64,000 bases of DNA, taken from assembly GCA_964035545.1 (NCBI GenBank), contig OZ037766.1, positions 30,168,274 through 30,232,273 of the forward strand, in the 5' to 3' direction. The translations under genes were made by a program, and so were the position numbers. Below the pieces are notes generated by a model. It worked only from the letters and a program-made list of their open reading frames with translations, did not search any database and was not told where the DNA came from. The first letter of the stretch is position 1. Each line of letters opens with the position of its first letter. The stretch is from Bugula neritina (Eukaryota > Animalia > Bryozoa). Below are positions 55,126 through 64,000 of the stretch, in pieces.

Positions 55126-57302
55126 ACAAAACTATTATTAAAAGCAGTAATCCTTGCATGAGCAGCTGGGTGTATTTCAGTTTTTTTCTTTTGATAGTTT
55201 TTACAATTGATAAACAATATTTTTTTGCAAAACTTTGTCGAGTTAACAAGTTTTAGTGCTAATACTGAATTTGTATCTGTACCTAACAAATAAAGTTTAC
55301 TTGTTATTTAACATCATATTTTAATTTCATTTTTTTCACTTTTCACTACACTTTAAGAATGAGCGACATCACAATTTGTTAAACATTTCCAACTAAAATT
55401 GTTTTCTCAATGCTCGAAAAATTTATTTTGAAAGCTTTACTTGTTTAAAATAGAACTAATGGCTAAGTTTTTAAATTTGACTAGCAATGTTGAATCTAAA
55501 TAGTTTCTATGATACAATTGATGGCCAATTATACTGACACAAATTGTAATGCTAATCTTGAATTAAAATAAATTTTCATCTAAATTAGCTTTAGTATCTA
55601 TAGTATGAAATTAAAAAAATACTTATTGCTGCAAATCTTCAATTATGAAGATTTGTTTTATATCTACACACCTATTTATGTGTCACATTCTTGCGATTTA
55701 TTGCATTTAAGTTTTCTTTGGTTTCACATGACACATGCAGCATAACATTAATATTTGAGAAGCTAAATCAGTGTTTTATGACGGTTTCTGGGCACAAAAA
55801 ATATCTGTTTAATAATGCACTGACGTATAAAGTTTCATAAAACTTTAGTTGAAGACATTCTAATAACTTTTAAATGTCTAAAGAGATGGTAACTAAATTG
55901 AATGTAGTTCAGCATGCAGTTGTAGAGTTTACCCAACTATTAATTCTATTTTTAATTAATTGCTGAAGTTTCTACATTTTTATTTCATATGTTATAAAAC
56001 ATTTGTTATTTTAATACAAGTTTTATAATACAGTGTCAAAACTTTTATACAAGTAAGTTGCAGCATTTGGTTTGCTGTTACTTTTGTGTTGAGTTGCAAT
56101 AATATAAATTATATTTAGTTTGTTTATTGATAGAGTACCAGATAGAAACTGACAACCAAGTGAAACCAGAAATGAGTAAATGCATTAATGTCAAGTGTCC
56201 ATGTGCTGCTAATTGAGTAATAAACAGCTGACATAAGAATGACAAAACATCAGTTTGTAAAATGGAAACAACAATCGCACCACATTTTCATTTCTTCACA
56301 TGCTACCCAAAAACATGGGTGCTCAGAAAAATGAATTTAAGGTTGAGGCTTGCATAAACTTATAGTTGGGTTTTCATTCTATGTAACTGTTTACAAACAT
56401 CTCATAACAATTATTTGCGTAGTTTAAAGCTTGACAACGTAGTGATTGTGAGTGCGGTTTGATGCTTATAGGGTAAGATTGCGTCTGGTAAAATATGTGT
56501 TACATTTTATGCAGTTTATAGTGTGTGACCCATTCTTTGTTATGTTGTGTGTAGAATATTTTAAATCAAAATGAGTATAGTTTAGTTGCATACTATATTG
56601 AATCAAAGCATGACTGCATAAAATCTGCGCAGAATGAGGTCTAATAAAAATTAATTAGTTTCTGGATTCAAATAAATATTTAAAAAGGAGAAATACCAGT
56701 TTTAGTGTTTTAGACATGTTTACTGCTTGTTTTAAAAATTGAAAATTTAAACTACTGTATGTTGAGATATTTATATTCAAATATTTACTAGTATATAGGC
56801 TGTAACTGCATTTCAAAGCCACAACGTGATTTTTGACACGGCATATGTTTAAATTTGATGTAACTTTATTGACTTTTTGTTTCCTGGTGAAAACCCTGTT
56901 TTCACACTATGAGATGCAGATAATTACATTCTTTAATTCGACTATTATATAGTTTCTTATATGACTGACATTCAACTTTGACAAATAAGTGTATGAAAAA
57001 CTACATACTGCGTTGATTGTAGCAATAAGTTTCAACTGCCTTACTTGTATAAGTTATATGGCATTAGCGTGATGCCATCACGTGATCCCATTACATCACA
57101 CTAAAGCCACAAGTATGATATCACTGTCAACAGAAAATAAACAAAGATGAAGGCATAAAAGATTGCGGAGGTTAATAATGCCTGGAAATTTAATGTAAGA
57201 AGGAATATGTGTAATTAACTAAAATTAATGTTATATAGTATAGGTATCCTTTACATATGCAGTACGAAAACTTCTGTAGCCTTAGGTATATATGTTGTTT
57301 AG

Positions 57303-57720
57303 CTTGCCAAGTATGCCTACGTACAACAGGGGAAAAAGATGGAGGAATGGAAGAAGGGGTGGCAACGCTAGAAGATCTGGAAGGAGAAGTCTTGGAAAAA
57401 TATAGTTCAATTCTGCAACACACAAACAGGAACACTCTATGCACCAGTCTTTGGATGTCAACCATTTACCACAGCACCTATATATACACTTCTTCCAATT
57501 ACTTCAGCTCCAGTCATTCTAGCTATAATACTCATTCTATAGCACCAACGACACAGCTGTACCAATTATAACAGATGTACCAATTATAACAGATGTACCA
57601 ATTATAACAGATGCACCAATCACTGCTGTATCAAACACTGACGAGCTATATAAACTACACCTGCAGCACAACACATACCAAAACCTCTAACTGCTCTTGC
57701 AGTACCTATAATGCAACTTA
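57303..57720 (+). pseudogene. Secreted-family copy 6 (heavily degraded exon 2)
   Basis: tttag|ct tgc caa gta tgc cta cgt (CQVCLRT), shifted RRGGNARRSGRRSLG, VQFCNTQTGTL, CQP and ITDVP repeats; several frameshifts. Confidence 0.7.
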
Positions 57721-58474
57721 TATATTTATATGATCATCACAGCAACTACAATTAGTAAGTTAGATACAAAGATGAAAACAAATACATAGATCAATATCAT
57801 AATTTATAACTAAACTTGAAAATAATATGCACTTGCTTTCATACTGCAAATCATACACTGTATTGTTATGGTAATCAGAGTTATTTTTCAATAATATTTC
57901 AGATACAATAAAAAGCAGTTTAAAAGTTGCACGTGCATTTAATCTCACATCTTCTGCTATAAACATTATTAGAAATAGCATTACAGCTTTTAAGTTCAGT
58001 TTGCTGCAATTACAAGTAACCATTTTAACTCACATCATTAAAAGCAATTCAGTGCATGTCACTGTAATCAATATTGCTAATATTTTTGTTTTAGCAATTT
58101 TATAGTTGTACTAAATTAAATAAAACATTTTTTTCTTTAACCAATACTTAAATGAAATGAAATTAAAGAGAGTAATCAATGTAAAACAATTTATGTAAAG
58201 TTTTTTTCTTTCAGTAAAAAGGGCTTGAGGACTGCGCTTCAACTCTGCCAATGTTTTTGCCTGTTTCACTACAGTGTTAAATGAGCATCAGACTCTACTT
58301 GTATTGCACCACAGTCGGTCAAAAGTGTTGAGAACGCAAAGTGAAAACCTAATATAATTTCTCTCGATCAATACGAAACTCAGGAATTGCAGTTAATTAC
58401 ATAATTTTTTAGCCTATCAGTATCGATATAAAATGTCAAAACCTCATTCTGTTATTGATGTTCAGAATGATTTA

Positions 58475-58695
58475 TAGCAGCAGTAATCTAGGAGTTAGAG
58501 CGTTTGCTTTAATTAACACGAGGTCATGGGTTCGAGCCAGGACAAAGGCCTATATTAGTGATGTTAAGAAAAACATCCATTAATATAAATATACTCTTGT
58601 GTCACAATTAAATAAGTCTTTTGCCTGCTTTAATAAGAAACCTTTCCAATTACAGGGGTTTCTCACAGAGATAGCGACTATAAAATTGCCTGAGA
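58475..58695 (+). mobile_element. tRNA-derived SINE relic
   Basis: tRNA-like head with B-box GGTTCGAGCC (~58529-58538); the body is shared with 42915-43040. Confidence 0.55.
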
Positions 58696-58811
58696 GTAAG
58701 TTAGAAATGATTTATTAATGAATATGTTCTAATGTAGTACCAAATCACAAGTAAAAGCCGTGCATGCTATTATTCAAATACTAAAGAGACTATACAAGTA
58801 AGTTGTATTTC

Positions 58812-60822
58812 CTAATCCGCAAATACCACATTCAATACTTCGCCTTCTGCTTCTTTGGAGAAATCTACTTCCAGCTCAGTACCATGTCTACCTCTTGAGG
58901 TGTCCTGAAATAGCAACCATGAAAAGATGACTCCAAAATATTATTGTTATTTAGCATACAAACTGCGATTATATAGTACCCTCATGTGAGTTGTAAAATT
59001 ATACACAGTATATGCATTACGTGTTTTAAGTGAATGGTACACTGAATGTTAAACTAACTCTATAGAAATTCTTTCAGGATTTTATTGAACACATAATAGA
59101 TATTTTAGGAAATCTGCCCTGATGAGTCATGCATATGAGATATTGTTTACTTATATAATATATAGGTAATATATAATATTCTGCCAGATGTTTTATTACC
59201 TTGATGAATTAACTTTAAGGCAATATTACATGGTCAGCATGTTGGCAGGATGAAATTTGCACAAGACAATTCTAATTAGCCACCAAATTGCAAAAATATT
59301 GTAGTTGAGTTTTGCCAAACATTAATCGGTGTGGCAGAAACTGAAATATTTTGAGTATACTGGCAAATATCTGCATGTTGTCTATTTGGTATTTAGAAAA
59401 ATTCACAAAAAATATTACGCGAAGGAAGCAATTATTTATTAATTGTGACTTTTTTGCATTGAGACTTTGGTAATGATGTTGAAGTTCTAAGTTAAATAGC
59501 TAAAATGAATTCAATGCTCAGACACGAGTAAAAACAACTGAAATACTGTAAATGACGTCAATATTATAAGGTCATTTTCAACATATAATATTATTATCCT
59601 TAATAGTTGTGCAATAGAGTTTAATAACTGCTATCGAATTTTCAACACTGCAACATGCTGTAACATTATGAGAAAAATGTTTATGTATGTATAATACTAT
59701 GAAAAGATTATAATGTTTACCGGTTCTGTACTTGTAACTCTATCTTTCTTGTTATCTAGAGAATTTTCTATCTTAGAAATTTGTATTGCTAATCTTGCAC
59801 TACTTTCTGATGGATAACTTTTTCTTCTCTTTTTGATCTATAATGGAAAGGAGCATTAAAACTTATTAATGTAAGTGATAAAATTTTGTTTGAGCAATTC
59901 AGTTTGAGTAATAACTTTTTGCGAGTCTATATATATAGCATGCATATACATATTAACAGAAATTACATTAAACTTTAGAAATCTTCTAAACTACTTTTGC
60001 TTTATCATAAAAGCTAAAATAGGAAAATTTGTAAATAAAACTTGTAATTTCTTACCTCTTCTTTTGTTGTTAATCCGTAGTGTAGATTTAACAACTTGTT
60101 TTTTGCATATGTATTCAGTTTATCCGATTTTGTAATAATCAATTGCAAGAGTTCAACTTTTTCGGAATAAGTTTTTCCTTTAAGAATGCTTGAGATGTCT
60201 ATATTTTGATGTTCTATCAGCCTGCTAAAAAACTATATTCTTTGTAAATTTCTTTACAATCAACAGTTAGCGTAATAATTATTAATACACAGACACATAA
60301 ACATGCACAAATATATAAGACATTCACTCACCGTGCTTTATTTGCTTTACAAAGTTTTTCTATAGATCTTTTCTTGCAGTGAATAAATATTTCAATACCA
60401 CAAATCACAGCAATCAATGGAATAAGGAAACCTGTGGAAAGTGAACATATAGGTAGAGCACACTTTTGATCACTAATCACAGCTACATTATATAATCTAT
60501 GAGTTTGCATCAGCAAACATGTGCGTGTTCTAATTGGATCTGTGTGCGTGTGTGGATGCTTGTGTGCGTGTGCGTGTGCGTGTGCGTGTGCGTGTGCGTG
60601 TGCGTGTGTGAGTGTGTGTGTATGGGTGTGAGTGTGTGTATATATGTATGCTATAGAGGAAGTCTATTTTTCTTTTCTGTTATTGATAGCAAAGCCTTAT
60701 TTTAAATACAGTATGACTATTATAGTAGCTAGAAATAGTGAAATATACTCACAGATGAGTGTGAACATCATGATGGCGACGTCACTCGGGATTGCCAAGA
60801 TACCATAATCTATGTCAGACAT
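58812..60822 (-). CDS. Unrecognised single-pass membrane protein, paralogue A (~182 aa); complement(join(58812..58904,59721..59837,60056..60224,60332..60431,60753..60822))
   Basis: Five GT-AG exons with consistent phases (1,2,0,0) give MSDIDYGILAIPSDVAIMMFTLICFLIPLIAVICGIEIFIHCKKRSIEKLCKANKARRLIEHQNIDISSILKGKTYSEKVELLQLIITKSDKLNTYAKNKLLNLHYGLTTKEEIKKRRKSYPSESSARLAIQISKIENSLDNKKDRVTSTEPDTSRGRHGTELEVDFSKEAEGEVLNVVFAD*. Exon-by-exon protein similarity to paralogue B. Confidence 0.82.
60541..60640. repeat. (GTGTGC)n/(GT)n microsatellite in intron 1 of paralogue A
   Basis: Seen directly. Confidence 0.9.
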
Positions 60823-61733
60823 GTTCAGGCAAGTCTCAAAAGTGTAATAAGAGCTGTATCAGTATAACAGCTATCAAATTTTGTTCTAGTGTATTTTTAT
60901 TAAGAAAAACAATCAAAACACTTGAAGTAAAAAATGCTTAACTCATTTATTTTTTGGAGGAATAGGCTAATTAGTTAGGATTTGTTTTAAATAACATTTA
61001 TATTCAACAAACAGAAACTTAATTAATTATGTGCATGCGCTGTGCCAAACAATAAATAGCAGCAAATTTTTATACAATATTTCTACATAGTAAATATAGA
61101 CATAAAAATTATCTATGCTCTATTAAAGTATTATAGACTGCATATATCAAATCTTTGAGAAAAACCAACGAAACATTTAGTTTTTCAAGTTTTATCTAAA
61201 GAGTCTGTGATTCTTTGATTTTGCTATAATTACACCATTTCAAAAATAGAATAGACAAGGTTATTAATTTATAACTTAAGGTTGAATGGCAGCATAATTG
61301 TGGAAATCAAGTTTTCCTTAAAATTATCCTTTAGTTATAAATTTCTCTTCCAGATGTAATATAAGTTGAAGTGGCTATAGAATTACTATTTTTCTATTTG
61401 TTTTTTGACATATTTTATTACAGGTAAGTTAGCCCATTCAATAAAAACTATAATGTCCCAATATTCTTATATTATTTGCTTTTTCACAAATTTTAATATA
61501 CATGTATTTTCAATCAATATAGCAGAATTTTTATTAATAAATATAAACTGAAGTTCTAAATGTTTAAGGCTGAGTATAAGTATCAAATAAAGCAAATAAG
61601 AAAAATAATTTGTTTCACTGTATAATTCACTGCTTTGCTGCATATATAAGTTAAAATCAACCAATCACGATATACTACTAGAGAAACTAGGTCAGCTTTT
61701 CTTGCAACAAAGTTGGATCCCATGAATATCAGA

Positions 61734-63825
61734 TTAGGTAGAGAAATGGTGTTTGAGAGAAGAGGGTGTCCTGTGAAATCTATGGGACCTGATGCTGCCA
61801 AAATCGCTGCTCATCATCGACGAGGGATACATGACGCTGATCACATCTCCTTCTGCCTCTTCTGAGAAATCAATGTTTAAATCTTCTCCGAATCTGCCCT
61901 TTTGCTTATCCTAAATAATCAGGTTAACAACAAAACTCATCTTAGTATGCACATGCATGCAGATATATATAGTATACAGAGAGAATCAAAATAATTGATA
62001 CATATATGAAGCAATAGTTGTTTAACTGTAAACTTTGTTCAGCTTTTTCTTTAAGAGTGTGTGTATAGCTACAATACAACTCACAAGAGTTTTCATTATA
62101 GCTACAATATAAGGCTACAATACTACTCATAATTGCAATACGTACGGAGTCTATATAGAATTTAGTTTTTAAAAGAAAACATATAAACATATTTGTGGAT
62201 TAGCATAATATTTTTCAATAATGTTATTTTCATTATCTTACATAGGCATTAGGTTCATTTAATTTGTTTTGAAGATAAAACTTTTACAGTTTATAGAGAT
62301 TAAAGTTATGTCGTTATCGGTTATAATCCAGTTTTAAAATTATTTTGGTATTTTTTATTTTTTCCAGCACCAAAGCATTAATTGCTGGTGCAGTTAAACA
62401 CACAATTTTTGTAAATTATTATAAAATGTTACACTGGGAAATCACTATAAACAAGAGAAGCACAAAAGGTTTGCATGAAGTCAGCAATAATTTTAAGAAT
62501 ATTTTTCAACTCTATTATTGTAATATTAAAATAAAGGTTTTTTCTTCAAGTGACCTGTGGCTTGTTTATAACTTCGTATAACCATAGAAGACTTTTAAAT
62601 ACTATATATATATATGGCAAATGCCATTCTAATTGTAAATTTATACATTTTTTTAATTTTCTCTTCAGTATATATATAAGTTCTTGTGTTCATTGAACTA
62701 AATTGCTAATAGACACGTGTGAATGTTATGCAGACACGATAATTAAATTATTAAATATGGGAGCAACCTTGTTCATGGGGTTAGAGCCCAAACAAAGGTC
62801 ATTATTAATGATGTTAGGAAAACCATTCAGTCATGATTGCTCTTGTGCACTATTTGAATACATATTTAACCTATTTCTTAAAAAAGCCTTTCTATGCATC
62901 AGCGGTTTCTGACAAAGATGGCAGCTGTAAACCTAATGTGATAGTTATTCTATTACAACTTACAGTGCCATTTGATCTCTCTTTCTTATGTTGTGTCGAT
63001 CCAGTCTTTTTGTTATCCAATGAATCTTCAATTTTAGAAATTCTTGTTGCTAGCCGAGCGATAAGCTGCTTATCAACAGGTTTCTGCTTCTTCACTTCCT
63101 GAAATAAAAACAAATTTTCTGAAATTTAGTTGCGATAACTCAATGAATCCATGTGCTTATATATAATCATTGCATGTTTGCATTGCTGCCTATTCTATGG
63201 CTTGTATAAGTCAATATTATTATTATCTGCTTTGGCAGTGAATTTTTTTCGCCATATTTTAGATACTACACAATCTAGTCATGAAAATTTTCTTAAATAT
63301 TCAGAAAAATTTTTTGCTTCAAAGTTATACAGCATCTAAACGTTAAATAGTTTTTTTAATAGCTAGGCTATATCTATGAGTTAGCAACTTCAAGTATAAT
63401 ATAACTACTGTTTATTATGGAACACAATCACTCTTAGAATAAACTACTTATAATTAGATTGAGGTGAGGTTCCAACCTCTTCTTGAGTAGTAATATTATA
63501 ATGTAGATTCAACAGCTTTTTCTTTGCATATGTTTTTAGTTTTTCAGCCTTTGAAGATATTGCTGTCAAAGTTTCTACTTTTTCAGTGAGGCTCATTTTT
63601 TTCAGCATGCTTGTTATGTTGATATTTCGATGCGAGCTGTGGAATCAGAAAAAATACTAACAAGGTTTTTGAACATAAATAAATATGCAAAACTTAGCTA
63701 CTACCCGGCCTCCCACACGATAACATGATGTATATATATCATACATAAAAATAATCTGCTATGAAATATATCATACATGAAAATCACATACTATACGTCA
63801 TATATATATATAAAATTAGAGCATG

Positions 63826-63879
<54 letters not shown>

Positions 63880-64000
63880 CATGCTCTAATTTTATATCAT
63901 ACATTACGATGTATTTTGCTTTAACATGCACTTACTGCGCTTTATGGCCAGTTCTGTTTTTCTTTCTCATAGCTCTCCGTTTAAGACAAATAAAAATCTC
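61734..64000 (-). CDS. Unrecognised single-pass membrane protein, paralogue B (5' end beyond window); complement(join(61734..61910,62964..63098,63477..63636,63936..>64000))
   Basis: EIFICLKRRAMRKKNRTGHKAH|SHRNINITSMLKKMSLTEKVETLTAISSKAEKLKTYAKKKLLNLHYNITTQEE|EVKKQKPVDKQLIARLATRISKIEDSLDNKKTGSTQHKKERSNGT|DKQKGRFGEDLNIDFSEEAEGDVISVMYPSS...HHFST*. Same intron phases as paralogue A; canonical splice sites. Confidence 0.82.

Noticed and set aside
59119-59145. Additional hammerhead (ctgatga gtcat gcat atgag)
   Set aside because: A stem II-like hairpin is present, but there is no GAAA core or stem I/III.

Overview
AT-rich, intron-containing eukaryotic DNA with many microsatellites and transposon relics. 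The repeat landscape suggests an invertebrate, possibly a Hydra-like cnidarian (inference). There are four main contents. (1) A tandem, same-strand family of six paralogues of an unrecognised secreted protein that the ORF track only partly shows. It has a 97-nt signal-peptide exon, a phase-1 intron, and an exon encoding C-x2-C-x7-C, a 65-74 aa Arg/Lys/Gly-rich insert, C-x7-C-x3-C, a Pro/Thr mucin-like stalk and usually a C-terminal G-K(-R-R). Copies at 204-1378 and 14053-15201 are intact; copies near 6.8, 23.2, 53.5-55.1 and 57.3 kb are damaged. (2) A tandem pair of multi-exon minus-strand genes (58.8-64 kb) encoding an unrecognised single-pass membrane protein, reconstructed here from splice sites. 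(3) Retroelements and ribozymes: a 5'-truncated Penelope-like element in (TA)n with a hammerhead ribozyme, a second non-coding hammerhead-bearing repeat family, an L2/Rex-Babar-like LINE, an RTE LINE fragment and tRNA-derived SINE relics. (4) DNA-transposon relics: a spliced, degraded KDZ (Zisupton-like) transposase, several MITEs, a duplicated ~3 kb element with a ~65-bp tandem array, and a dispersed repeat carrying (TAGGG/TAGAG)n arrays that appears tied to duplication of the secreted gene family. All calls come from reading the sequence by eye; no database searches were run.
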